From contig CASDVP010000006.1 of the NCBI GenBank assembly GCA_949284445.1, forward strand, positions 48,651 to 112,650: a DNA stretch of 64,000 nt, read 5' to 3'. This document shows, piece after piece, positions 49,720 through 59,419 of this stretch (positions are counted from its first letter, which is position 1; the number at the start of each line of letters is the position of its first letter). The notes below the pieces were generated by a model. That model did no database searches, was not told where the DNA came from, and saw nothing but the letters and a program-made list of their open reading frames with translations. A program made the position numbers and the translations under genes. This stretch comes from an uncultured Bacillota bacterium (lineage in GTDB: Bacteria; Bacillota_I; Bacilli_A; RFN20; CAG-288).

Positions 49720-49733
49720 TGGAAACGATACCA
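49720..49733 (+). promoter_or_regulatory. cre-like site between the divergent MFS and GH3 operons
   Basis: TGGAAACGATACCA fits TGNAANCGNWNNCW. Confidence 0.5.
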
Positions 49734-49834
49734 AAGGTTATGAAACTTATAATCTAACAAAATAAAACAAATGTAATTCTTAATTCACATATTTTTTCGT
49801 CAATTGGTGAAAAATATATTAAAAATAGGCAATT

Positions 49835-49891
49835 TTGCAATCTTTAAAACTTGTTTTGCAATTTCAAGTGTTGTAAGGCTTTACATAAAAT
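49835..49891 (+). promoter_or_regulatory. GH3-operon promoter: two TTGCAAT boxes, weak -35, -10 TAAAAT
   Basis: TTGCAAT at 49835-41 and 49856-62 (21 bp period). TTCAAG-N17-TAAAAT, with the palindrome-like TGTAAGGCTTTACA (49872-85) in the spacer. Confidence 0.65.
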
Positions 49892-49968
49892 TTTAAAATG
49901 TTTACAGGGATGATTTTTATACGTTTTTTATGTATATAAAATCATCAAACAATTAACTGGAGGGGTTT

Positions 49969-51210
49969 ATGGACGAACAAGCTACAATCAAGCCTGAACC
50001 TAAAAAATCGCGTTTTAAGGCTTTGAAAGTTGTTTTGGCTGTCTTTTTACCGCTATTTTTTGTCATTTCAGTTGCTGTCGCTGTTTTATATGGCGGGGAA
50101 CTGATTGAAGAACCAACGGTAGAGTACGGCACTAAGGGACTAATCCGTTTAGAATCACCAAATTATCAACAATCATATTTCGTTGGTGATAAATTTTCTT
50201 TTGATAAAGATAAGAATCAGGTCTGGTTGGTCGCTAGAGATCCATCATTAGAGAATATCGTTAATAATACCGATATGCCTGGTGATGAGTATGGTTTCGT
50301 CATTCGCAAATTCTATAGTGAAGACGGAGTTTTGACCGCTAAAGAAGACATTGAAGCTAATGCATCTATCAAATCTATTTATGAAAAAGAAGAGGATTTG
50401 GCTTCTAAAAAAGAAGAAGCTACTTCTGAAAGCACTGCTGAAGAAGGAGCCACTGATGATGAAACCGCTTCTGATGAAAGCACAACAGAAGAAGTTAAAA
50501 AGTATTATTATGTCGATTCAGAATTCTATTTGAATGCTGAAGACATAACAATGGCTCCTAAAACCACTATTTGCTTAGCTAGTAAAAGATATCAAGATTT
50601 GACTCTTGAATTAGATACTGATGTTATCGATGGTTATATCGATGAGACTAAGTTATCTAATTCTGTCACTATTGAAGCTGAAAACTCTGATGTCTATCAA
50701 GATGATGTCTTGTTAACCAGAGAGCAATTGCAAACATTGCCAGATGGCAATAAACCTTTTTTGTCTAATTATGGTACTTCTACTGATGGTAAATCTTGTA
50801 GCGGTGGTGCTTGTTTAAGAAGCTTCAATAAAAATAATATGGCTGTTGATTTTGAGATCGTATCTTCTCAATCAATAACTGTTGAGTTGACTACATTGAT
50901 TTGCTTAAGACCTGATGCAGATTCTTTCACTAATTATTTTAAAGTTTCATTAAATGGTCAAGATATCAATGCTTTTGAAGGCATTGAAGTTCCTGAAGGA
51001 AGTGGTTACTATACACCTTATACAATGCCATCTGTTCAAATTGAATTGCAAAAAGGCATCAATCATTTAGTCTTTTCAAGTGGTTCACACGTTGGGCTTT
51101 CAGCTTCTCCTTGTAATTTAGATGCTATTAAGATTTCTACTCTTGATGAAGAACTTAAGGTCATCGGCGATAGCAATGCTATTGTCCTTAACGAGGAGGC
51201 AGGATTATGA
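49969..51210 (+). CDS. N-terminally anchored membrane protein with C-terminal CBM6/CBM35-like beta-sandwich
   Basis: Single N-terminal TM, acidic linker, then TIEAEN...SGGACL...VSLNG...IELQKGINHLVF...CNLDAIKI pattern. Confidence 0.65.
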   Translation: MDEQATIKPEPKKSRFKALKVVLAVFLPLFFVISVAVAVLYGGELIEEPTVEYGTKGLIRLESPNYQQSYFVGDKFSFDKDKNQVWLVARDPSLENIVNNTDMPGDEYGFVIRKFYSEDGVLTAKEDIEANASIKSIYEKEEDLASKKEEATSESTAEEGATDDETASDESTTEEVKKYYYVDSEFYLNAEDITMAPKTTICLASKRYQDLTLELDTDVIDGYIDETKLSNSVTIEAENSDVYQDDVLLTREQLQTLPDGNKPFLSNYGTSTDGKSCSGGACLRSFNKNNMAVDFEIVSSQSITVELTTLICLRPDADSFTNYFKVSLNGQDINAFEGIEVPEGSGYYTPYTMPSVQIELQKGINHLVFSSGSHVGLSASPCNLDAIKISTLDEELKVIGDSNAIVLNEEAGL

Positions 51211-51674
51211 GAGAACGAAAAATCAATTGGGTCAATAGAGCTTTTGGCTATTTAGCAGTTGCTACTACTGTTGCACAAGCTTGGATTTATACCTATGTGC
51301 CTAATGAACTGTTTAATTTACAAGTCTGTCTTTTATCTATTTTAGGTGTCGGTCTTTTCTGTGTTTTGATGTTATTTAAGAAGACTGCAGTTTTAGCTCC
51401 GATTGCCTTGATGTGTTGTGATTTTTTATGCGTTTGCGCATTTGCTAAAGCTGATGGTGTGATCGACTACTTTTCTACTGCCTTTTTCAGTGGCTTTTCC
51501 TTCCAAGCTTTCTTTAATTTAGACACCTTTGTTTGGCTCACGCTTTTACTATTTATCATCTCCTTTATTTTCGCATCTGTCGCTATGTATATTCCTCTTT
51601 TCAGAAAAAGTAAAGAAGAGAAGAATCATATGGCTAAAAAGACTGAATTAACTACTGGAGGAAATGCCAAATGA
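51207..51674 (+). CDS. uncharacterised 4-TM protein preceding GH3 (paralogue of 39461..39892)
   Basis: ATGA-coupled to both neighbours; four TM helices. Confidence 0.8.
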   Translation: MRERKINWVNRAFGYLAVATTVAQAWIYTYVPNELFNLQVCLLSILGVGLFCVLMLFKKTAVLAPIALMCCDFLCVCAFAKADGVIDYFSTAFFSGFSFQAFFNLDTFVWLTLLLFIISFIFASVAMYIPLFRKSKEEKNHMAKKTELTTGGNAK

Positions 51675-54600
51675 AAAGAAAAACAGCTTTAAGAATATCT
51701 AAGATTAGTTTTCATGTCACATTTGTTCTTTTCGCATTAGCTGCTACTGCTAGCCCGATGCTATTAGATTATTCGGGTATGATCAACACCGTATTTAATA
51801 TTCAAACTTCTACTGGTAGCGGTTCTGACGGAAACACCTATTTCGATACTGAATTTGAAACGATGGATGAAGTTAAGGAAGCTAGTAAACAAATCATTGA
51901 TGAAACCTTAAAAGAAGGCGCTGTCTTATTAAAGAATGATAACGAGGCTTTACCTTTAGCTAGTGAAGATACTGTCAATCTTTATGGCGCTGCTTCCTAC
52001 TGGTCAGTTGTCACTGGTATGGGTTCTTCAAGTTTTAAAGTTAATGGTGATCAGGACCCATTCGCCGATATCGTCACGTTAGAATCCGGCTTGACCAGTG
52101 CTGGTTTAAAAGTCAATGAAGATTTGAACACTTGGTATAAAGATAACGGTCTTAATTATTTAGGCGGCAGTGATCACTTCATCGGTTATGAAGACCAAGA
52201 AGTGCAAACAGTTGTTAAAGATGCTCCATGGAGCGCTCTTCCTTCCGCTAAAGAGAATGATGCTAAAGCTGGTATCATGGTTTTAGCAAGAAACTCTGGT
52301 GAAGCTGTCGACTTATATGCAGATATAACGATGGATGATGGTGCGACAAGAACTATTGTTAGCAAAAAAAATAATGGCAACCCTAACGGTTCTGTCGGAG
52401 ACGCTTTATCCCTCACTGATAATGAAAAAGATGTTCTTGCAAACATGAAGAAAATGAAGGATGAAGGAAAATTAGACAAGATTATTGTCTTGATGAATTG
52501 CGCCAGTCCTTTCCAAAGCGCTTTTGTTGATCAAGAAGAATATGGTATCGATGCTGCAATTTGGGTCGGAACTCTTGGTACCAATGGTGCTAATGCAGTC
52601 GGCAAATTATTGACTGGTAAATATAACTTCTCTGGTAGAACTGCTGATACCTTCTTTGCTGATAACAAATACAATCCTGTTTACTACAATTTTGGTTCTT
52701 ATGAATATGGAAATTCAAGCGCTTTAAAGAGCAATTATTTCGCTACTTTAGGCGAACAGAACCATAAATTCTATGTCGCTTATCAGGAAGGTATTTATAA
52801 CGGTTACAAATATACTGAAACTCGTTATGAAGACGTCTTAACTAATCGCAATAATGCAGGAAGCTTTGATTATGAAGCTGCTGTTTCTTATCCTTTCGGC
52901 TATGGCTTGAGCTATTCTGAATTCTCCTATTCCAATTTCAAGGTCACTGAAAATACTGAAGAAGACACTTATACTTTGACTGTCGATGTCACTAATAATT
53001 CTAAAGTCGATGGCAAAGAAGTCGTTCAGGCTTATATCCAAAAGCCATATACTGCTAAAGATATCGAAAACGGTGTTGAAAAATCAGCTGTTGAATTAGC
53101 TGGCTTCACCAAAGTTGATGTCAAAGCAGGTGAAACTGTTCCTGCTACTATTGAAATTAAAGGAAAATACTTAGCTGCTTACGATGCTAATGGTGAAAAG
53201 ACTTATGTCATCGGTTCTAGTGATAAAGATGATGAATATCTGTTCACTGTTGCAAAAGACGCCCATGATGCTGAAAATAACTTCTTGCAATACAAGGCTG
53301 ATAAAGGCGTTGATGTCGATTTAGAAAATATCACCACCAATGATAAGCGCGGTGAAGGTGATAAAGAATTGGTTTGGGGTAAGCACATCGACTATAGTGC
53401 TACTAAATATTCCACAAACGAATATATCGAACAACAGAATGAGAATTTTGAAGCTAGATATGATGGAGAAGAAGCTAATTATGGCGTTTCTTCTATCACC
53501 AATCAATTCGATGATACTGATTATCAAAAGGTTGGTCTTTTCTCTGACAGCGAAGAATCTCAACCTTATATGTCTAGAAACAACTGGACTGGCACTTATG
53601 GCAAAGTCATTAAATTGACCGCTAGTGCTGATTTAGCTGCTGCTCAAGCTGTTCCTGCAGTTGAACAAGATAATATTTCTTATCCTACTTATGATGAAAT
53701 CGGCTTCTATGAAGGCGATGATATGTTCGATGAGATCAAACTCATCTACTTACGCGGTAAAGATTTCAACGATCCTGATTGGGATACTTTGCTCAATCGC
53801 ATCTCTTGGGAAGAAACCTGCTATATCTTACAAGATGCTCTCCGTTACACTCGCGGTATCGATTCGATCGCTGCTCCTATGACTTCTCAACAGAATGGTG
53901 CTATCTCACCTGTTCACTCTCGTAATGATGGCGCTATTCCGAGTCAAAACGCTTTCCGCGGTTTTGCAGAATTGAGAAACGATGGTGTCAATACCAAACC
54001 TACTATCTTTGCTAACAACGGCATCGTTGCTGCTACTTATAACGTCGATCTCATCAGAAGGATCGGTAAACAGACTGGTGAAGAAGCTATCTGGGCTGGT
54101 TATAACGGCATCTATGGCTTAGGTGTCAACATCCACAGAGGCTCTTACTGTGGTAGAACCTTCGAATATTATTCCGAAGATGGATTCTTGACTGGTGTTG
54201 CTGCTGGTTATGAAGCTGCTGGCTTACATGACATGGGCGTATTTGTTTTAGCTAAACACGCTGTTTTAAACGACCAAGAGACTCACAGAGCTGGTCTTAA
54301 TGTTTGGGCTAATGAACAATCCATCCGTGAGATCTACTGCCGTGCTCTTGAAGTCGCTATCGATTTAGACAGAGAATTAGCGTTTGATGAAAATGGTAAT
54401 AGAACTCATATGCCGATGTTAGGTGTTATGACTGGTATGAACCGTTTAGGCGCTGTTTGGACTGGTGGTCAAGGTTTCTTAAACACTGTTTTAAGGGCTG
54501 AATTCGGTATGACTAGTTATGCTATCTCCGACTATAACTCTTCTCGTCGTTATATGTCTCCTATCCAAGGTGTCTTATATGGTAATGATTTGCCTGACGG

Positions 54601-54925
54601 AAACACTGGTAGTTGGTCTGGTGGTAACGATTATGATGGTAACAGCGCTCAATTTGAGGATTATGCAACTGGTTATGGTAAGTTAGCTTGGGCGATGAGA
54701 GATTGTGTTAAGAATGTTCTTTATACAGTCGTCAACTCCAATGCTATGAACGGTATCACTGGAGATTCTTCTTTCACCACCATCACTCCTCTTTGGGAAA
54801 AATTAGTCCCAGTTGTCACTCGTGTTTTATTCACTTTAGTTGTTTGGTCTACGGTCATGTTCGGTGCTATCTACATCTATGATTGTGCAAAACAGATTCA
54901 GGAATCCTTGAGTTTGAGAAAATGA
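51671..54925 (+). CDS. membrane-anchored GH3 glycosidase with permuted domain order
   Basis: EGAVLLKNDNEALPL, YQEGIYNGYKY, PFGYGLSYSEF, GRTFEYYSED, KHAVLND, AISD nucleophile. TM helices at both termini. Confidence 0.93.
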   Translation: MKRKTALRISKISFHVTFVLFALAATASPMLLDYSGMINTVFNIQTSTGSGSDGNTYFDTEFETMDEVKEASKQIIDETLKEGAVLLKNDNEALPLASEDTVNLYGAASYWSVVTGMGSSSFKVNGDQDPFADIVTLESGLTSAGLKVNEDLNTWYKDNGLNYLGGSDHFIGYEDQEVQTVVKDAPWSALPSAKENDAKAGIMVLARNSGEAVDLYADITMDDGATRTIVSKKNNGNPNGSVGDALSLTDNEKDVLANMKKMKDEGKLDKIIVLMNCASPFQSAFVDQEEYGIDAAIWVGTLGTNGANAVGKLLTGKYNFSGRTADTFFADNKYNPVYYNFGSYEYGNSSALKSNYFATLGEQNHKFYVAYQEGIYNGYKYTETRYEDVLTNRNNAGSFDYEAAVSYPFGYGLSYSEFSYSNFKVTENTEEDTYTLTVDVTNNSKVDGKEVVQAYIQKPYTAKDIENGVEKSAVELAGFTKVDVKAGETVPATIEIKGKYLAAYDANGEKTYVIGSSDKDDEYLFTVAKDAHDAENNFLQYKADKGVDVDLENITTNDKRGEGDKELVWGKHIDYSATKYSTNEYIEQQNENFEARYDGEEANYGVSSITNQFDDTDYQKVGLFSDSEESQPYMSRNNWTGTYGKVIKLTASADLAAAQAVPAVEQDNISYPTYDEIGFYEGDDMFDEIKLIYLRGKDFNDPDWDTLLNRISWEETCYILQDALRYTRGIDSIAAPMTSQQNGAISPVHSRNDGAIPSQNAFRGFAELRNDGVNTKPTIFANNGIVAATYNVDLIRRIGKQTGEEAIWAGYNGIYGLGVNIHRGSYCGRTFEYYSEDGFLTGVAAGYEAAGLHDMGVFVLAKHAVLNDQETHRAGLNVWANEQSIREIYCRALEVAIDLDRELAFDENGNRTHMPMLGVMTGMNRLGAVWTGGQGFLNTVLRAEFGMTSYAISDYNSSRRYMSPIQGVLYGNDLPDGNTGSWSGGNDYDGNSAQFEDYATGYGKLAWAMRDCVKNVLYTVVNSNAMNGITGDSSFTTITPLWEKLVPVVTRVLFTLVVWSTVMFGAIYIYDCAKQIQESLSLRK

Positions 54926-54936
54926 GAGGTGATAAA

Positions 54937-57900
54937 ATGAAAAACAAGAAAAAAATTGTTGGCATCTCTCTTTTATCTTTGATGTTTATGTCACCTATTC
55001 TTTCTAGCTGTACTCAAGAATCATCATCCTCTGTCGCTGTGCATGAATGTGTCTTTTATCCAGTAGAGGCTGTCGCTTCTACTTGTAAGACACAAGGACA
55101 TAAAGCCTATGAGGAATGTCCGTATTGCCGCAAGAAGATGATCGATGGTCAAGTCGTGACTGATGAAGAAGTTTTATTGCCATTAGATCCTAAAAATCAC
55201 GATTCGAATTCCTTGACTACTCATCCAGGAACTCCAGCCACATGTTTGACCGATGGCACTAAAGAATATTCTTATTGTGCTGATTGCGGCTCTTATGTTA
55301 TCGATGGTGAAAACTATACTGAAGAAAATTATCAGGAAGCTTTAGTCATTCCTAAAGAAACTGCTGAACATGAGTTAGTTCATCATGATGAAGTAGCTTC
55401 GACTTGTATACCTGGTAAAAAAGCTTATGATCAATGTTCGGTCTGTCATAAATATTTTATTGATGGTGCTGAAGTTCAAGAAAGTGATTTGATCATCCCA
55501 GCATCTGGTGAACATAATTTTAATACTTATGGTGTCTGCGAGAATGGCTGTGGAACTTATAAATGGGATAGTCATGTGTTTGATACTTCTAACTCTGTTC
55601 CTCTAGTGCCTTCTTCTGGAGAAGGATGGGTTGATGCCGATAAAGATGAAAAAGCTGCAATGATCGCTTCCACCCATGCTAATAAAATGACATTCCATAC
55701 ACAGAGAAGTTCTACTGATGGCTGTACAGTTGTTTACAGAGACGAAGAAGCGATTGATATAACTCTTTCTAAAGGTGCGGCGAATCAATGCACTTTCACT
55801 AGATTTGCGGTCGGTGAAGGAAGTACTGCCTATACTGGTCAATTCTATTTGACATTTGAAATCACTATTGATCGTGATATGTTAGTCGATAGATTAGGCG
55901 CTATGATCACTGATTATGATGCTAATGTCAAAGCTGAAACTTTAGGTGAATATGATCAATCGAATCTTTTAGGCGCTGATAGTGGAAATAAAGGAAGTGT
56001 TGAGAAGAATCCAGAAAGAATTCTTAAAGCAAAAACCACTTATCGCTTCATCTATAAGATGGAAACTACTAACACCAGCCCTTCACCAGACATGGTCGAT
56101 AAACAAGAACAGATGGTACAAATCTTTATCGGCGGTGGGGATGCTACTTATACTTTAAGCAATCTTCATGTCATCACTCTTCCTGAAGCTGAAAAGACAG
56201 GTAAAGTCACTTCTTCATTGCTCTATTTTGGTGAAACTGATTTAGTTGAAAATGAGAAAGATATCAAAGTCACTGATTTGACATTAAATAAGACTTATTT
56301 GACAATGCAAGTCGGTGATGAAGAAACTTTAGTCGCTACTGTTTTACCTGATATTGCTACAGATAAAACTGTCACTTGGTCAAGTGATCATCCTGAAATT
56401 GTTGATGTTGATGACAATGGTAAATTGACAGCTAAAACTACTGGGACTGCGAAGATCACTGCTACTTGTGGTGGATTAACAGCCACTTGTGATGTTGAGG
56501 TCTTAGATATGGTTGTTCCGGTAACCGGAGTTGAATTAGATAAAGAGACTTTAGAATTAACCGCTGGCGATGATGCAAGTCAATTAGTTGCTACTATCAC
56601 TCCTGATAATGCTTCTAATAAAACTTTGACTTGGTCCAGCAGTGCGCCTGAAGTAGCTAGTGTTTCAGACACTGGTTTAGTGACTCCTTTAACTGAAGGT
56701 CAAACAACTATCACAGTTAAAACAAATGATGGCTTGTTTGAAGATACCTGTGTTGTCACTGTCAGTGCTCCGACTGAGAAACATTATTACACCTATTTAG
56801 AAGAAGATTTCTTTGATCCTGCTAATTGGGATGCTAATGGTGAAGGAGCTAGAGATGACTCTATCATCGATAGTGATTTCAAACTCTCATTCACTTCTAG
56901 CACTGCTAGTAGATTCGATTTATTCTATGGTCCTAATCATGCTAATTTTGCTGAAAATAGTGATAATATTGATGGTACTAAAAAAGATCAACAAGCTATT
57001 TTTGAACAGATTTACAATCAAACCTATTCATTTGATATGGATGTTGAAACTGATGGTGAAGTCAATTTGATGATCTTTGGTACTTCTGGTGCTAATGGTC
57101 CTACAAATACGAGTTCCGCCTCACTATATTTGCATATCAAATCTGATGGTAGTATGTCTTTAGATCAATCAGCACCTACCTCTAACAATGATTTCAAAGA
57201 TCATTTCACCTGTGCTGATACTGGTTTTAAATTAAACGAGACTAACAAGTTATCATTTAAAGTCAATCGTGTTGATATCGACACCTTGACTCTTCAAGTC
57301 TTTGTGAACGATAAACAGGTTAAATTCGAAGGTGACGATTGGACACAAGGAAGTCGTGGAACCTATTCTGTTGATGAAAATGGCACTTATACATCTACTT
57401 ACGTCAAAGATAGCGGATATGGTCCTCGCTTTGGTGTTTATCCTTCGGCTGACACCACTTTCAAGATTTCTTCTCTCGCCATTGATCCTGAACCTGAGCA
57501 AATCACTGAACCTGATCCAGAGCCTGTAGAAAAACATTATAATCTTTATAATGGAAAAGATTTCTTCGATCCAGCTAACTGGTATGGAACTACTCAAGAA
57601 CAAATCGCTCGTGATGATTCTATCATCGATGAAGATCATAATTTAAGTTTTACAGATGCGACTCCTAGCAGAACCGATTTCTTCTACTTTAAGGATGATG
57701 GATGCCATTTTGGTGACAAAAATGCTGATAATAAATGGAATGGTTACACTGATTATTATGGCATAACCTATACCTTCTCATTAGGCATCGAATCGACTGG
57801 TGCTTTCGAGATGACTGCTATCGCTAATAAGTCGTGGGTGACCCCTAGTACGACTGGTGGCTTCGGATTTGTTTATCACTTTGAAGATAATAAAATCACT

Positions 57901-58236
57901 TTAACTTGTCATCATAATAGTGATAACTATACTTTTACTGCTAATACTGATGCTTTTAAATATAATCAAGTCAACCAAATCTCTTTAAAAGTGACTAGAG
58001 TAGATTCGGACACATTAACCTTACAGTTGCTCGTCAATGATGCAGTTGTTGAATTCGATAAAAGTGGTGATTATCCTGGCAGTTCCTATTCTTTCACTAT
58101 GAGCGATGACTTTGTTTTGAGTTTTGATAAATATCTCGCTAACAACGGATATGGTCAACGCTTAGGAATCTTTCCTGATGCTGGTTCAGTAGTGACTATT
58201 TCTTCACTAGCTATCGATCCAGCACCGGCCAATTAA
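54937..58236 (+). CDS. large surface lipoprotein: Cys/His repeats, two Big_2 Ig domains, two tandem about 240-aa C-terminal domains
   Basis: Start ATG 54937 after GAGGTG; lipobox LSSC; Ig domains with TVTWSS..P motifs at 56260-56766. Confidence 0.88.
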   Translation: MKNKKKIVGISLLSLMFMSPILSSCTQESSSSVAVHECVFYPVEAVASTCKTQGHKAYEECPYCRKKMIDGQVVTDEEVLLPLDPKNHDSNSLTTHPGTPATCLTDGTKEYSYCADCGSYVIDGENYTEENYQEALVIPKETAEHELVHHDEVASTCIPGKKAYDQCSVCHKYFIDGAEVQESDLIIPASGEHNFNTYGVCENGCGTYKWDSHVFDTSNSVPLVPSSGEGWVDADKDEKAAMIASTHANKMTFHTQRSSTDGCTVVYRDEEAIDITLSKGAANQCTFTRFAVGEGSTAYTGQFYLTFEITIDRDMLVDRLGAMITDYDANVKAETLGEYDQSNLLGADSGNKGSVEKNPERILKAKTTYRFIYKMETTNTSPSPDMVDKQEQMVQIFIGGGDATYTLSNLHVITLPEAEKTGKVTSSLLYFGETDLVENEKDIKVTDLTLNKTYLTMQVGDEETLVATVLPDIATDKTVTWSSDHPEIVDVDDNGKLTAKTTGTAKITATCGGLTATCDVEVLDMVVPVTGVELDKETLELTAGDDASQLVATITPDNASNKTLTWSSSAPEVASVSDTGLVTPLTEGQTTITVKTNDGLFEDTCVVTVSAPTEKHYYTYLEEDFFDPANWDANGEGARDDSIIDSDFKLSFTSSTASRFDLFYGPNHANFAENSDNIDGTKKDQQAIFEQIYNQTYSFDMDVETDGEVNLMIFGTSGANGPTNTSSASLYLHIKSDGSMSLDQSAPTSNNDFKDHFTCADTGFKLNETNKLSFKVNRVDIDTLTLQVFVNDKQVKFEGDDWTQGSRGTYSVDENGTYTSTYVKDSGYGPRFGVYPSADTTFKISSLAIDPEPEQITEPDPEPVEKHYNLYNGKDFFDPANWYGTTQEQIARDDSIIDEDHNLSFTDATPSRTDFFYFKDDGCHFGDKNADNKWNGYTDYYGITYTFSLGIESTGAFEMTAIANKSWVTPSTTGGFGFVYHFEDNKITLTCHHNSDNYTFTANTDAFKYNQVNQISLKVTRVDSDTLTLQLLVNDAVVEFDKSGDYPGSSYSFTMSDDFVLSFDKYLANNGYGQRLGIFPDAGSVVTISSLAIDPAPAN
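55042..55554 (+). repeat. three Cys/His-rich protein repeats
   Basis: (A/S)TC-x2-3-G-x2-(A/E)Y-x2-CxxC-x4-IDG...H occurs three times: ASTCKTQGHKAYEECPYC, PATCLTDGTKEYSYCADC, ASTCIPGKKAYDQCSVC. Confidence 0.85.
56776..58233 (+). repeat. tandem duplicated domain in the lipoprotein
   Basis: Both copies begin EKHY...DFFDPANW...ARDDSIID...LSF and end YG.R.G.(Y/F)P......ISSLAIDP. Copy 1 is 56776-about 57495, copy 2 is 57529-58233. Confidence 0.9.
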
Positions 58237-58263
58237 CCAATTTATCTTTTGATCGTAATTATG

Positions 58264-58292
58264 AGCTATAACTGAACAGTTATAGCTTTTTT
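58264..58292 (+). terminator. intrinsic terminator of the GH3 operon
   Basis: AGCTATAACT-GAAC-AGTTATAGCT-TTTTT. Confidence 0.88.
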
Positions 58293-58298
58293 ATAAAG

Positions 58299-58334
58299 AA
58301 AAAACCGGATAACTGGAGAAAAGCCATCCGGTTT
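58299..58334 (-). terminator. intrinsic terminator of the uxu operon
   Basis: AAACCGGAT...ATCCGGTTT stem followed by a T tract on the minus strand. Confidence 0.75.
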
Positions 58335-58365
58335 AAAAAGGAGAGTATCGGAACTGAAGAATCTA

Positions 58366-59391
58366 TTATCTTTGGACTCTTCCAGAAGCATCACCATTCA
58401 TCAATGTTTCAACTTCTTCAGTGCTGACGTGATTGACATCGCCAGGGATAGTTTGTTTTAAAGCAGAAGCTGCAACCGCAAATTCCAAGGCTTTCTTTTC
58501 GTCGCCATTGTAAGCTAACAAACCATGGATGAGACCACCTGCGAAAGAATCGCCTCCACCGACGCGATCGACAAGACGGATTTGGTACTCACGAGAGTGA
58601 TAGAATTCTTTTCCATCATAGATGAGAGCTGACCAACCGTTATCAGAAGCAGAGTAAGATTCTCTTAGAGAAGTAGCCATATATTTGAAACCAAATTTAT
58701 CTTTGAGTTTCATAAACACATCTTGATAACCGCTAAGATTGAGTTGACCTTTAGTGACATCGCTCTTCTCAGCTTTAAAGCCTAAGCATTTTTCACAATC
58801 TTCTTCATTACCGATCAAGACATCGACATATGGCATTAAAGATGTCATGACTTGGATAGCTTTTTCACTAGTCCACAATTTTTTACGGAAGTTTAAATCG
58901 CAAGAAACTGTCAAGCCATGCTTTTTAGCAGCTTGGCAAGCTAAGATAGTTAATTTTTCAGCTTTCTCAGAGATAGCTGGAGTGATGCCAGTGAAATGAA
59001 ACCAATCTTTGCCTTCAAAGATTTTATCGAAATCGAATTCATCAGCTTCAGCTAAAGCGATAGCAGAATTAGAACGATCATAGATGACTTTTGAAGGACG
59101 CATAGCATCACCAGTCTCTAAATAATAGATACCGATTCTGTCACCACCTCTGACGATATAGTCGGTATTGACACCGAATTCTCTTAAAGAGTTGACAGCG
59201 CTTTGACCGATATCATTCTTAGGAAGCTTAGTGACAAAATAAGTTTTATGACCATAGTTGGATAAAGATAACGCGACGTTAGCTTCACCACCACCGTAGC
59301 AAGCGTCGAAACTATCAGATTGAACAAAACGTAAGAATCCATGAGTGGAAAGACGAAGCATGATTTCACCCATAGTGACAATTTTAGCCAT
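58366..59391 (-). CDS. kdgK: 2-keto-3-deoxygluconate kinase (PfkB)
   Basis: GEIMLRLS, GGGEANVA, DLNFRKKLW, DRVGGGDSFAGG. Confidence 0.95.
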   Translation of the reverse strand: MAKIVTMGEIMLRLSTHGFLRFVQSDSFDACYGGGEANVALSLSNYGHKTYFVTKLPKNDIGQSAVNSLREFGVNTDYIVRGGDRIGIYYLETGDAMRPSKVIYDRSNSAIALAEADEFDFDKIFEGKDWFHFTGITPAISEKAEKLTILACQAAKKHGLTVSCDLNFRKKLWTSEKAIQVMTSLMPYVDVLIGNEEDCEKCLGFKAEKSDVTKGQLNLSGYQDVFMKLKDKFGFKYMATSLRESYSASDNGWSALIYDGKEFYHSREYQIRLVDRVGGGDSFAGGLIHGLLAYNGDEKKALEFAVAASALKQTIPGDVNHVSTEEVETLMNGDASGRVQR

Positions 59392-59419
59392 AATATATAC
59401 CTCTTTTTCTTAAAAAATA

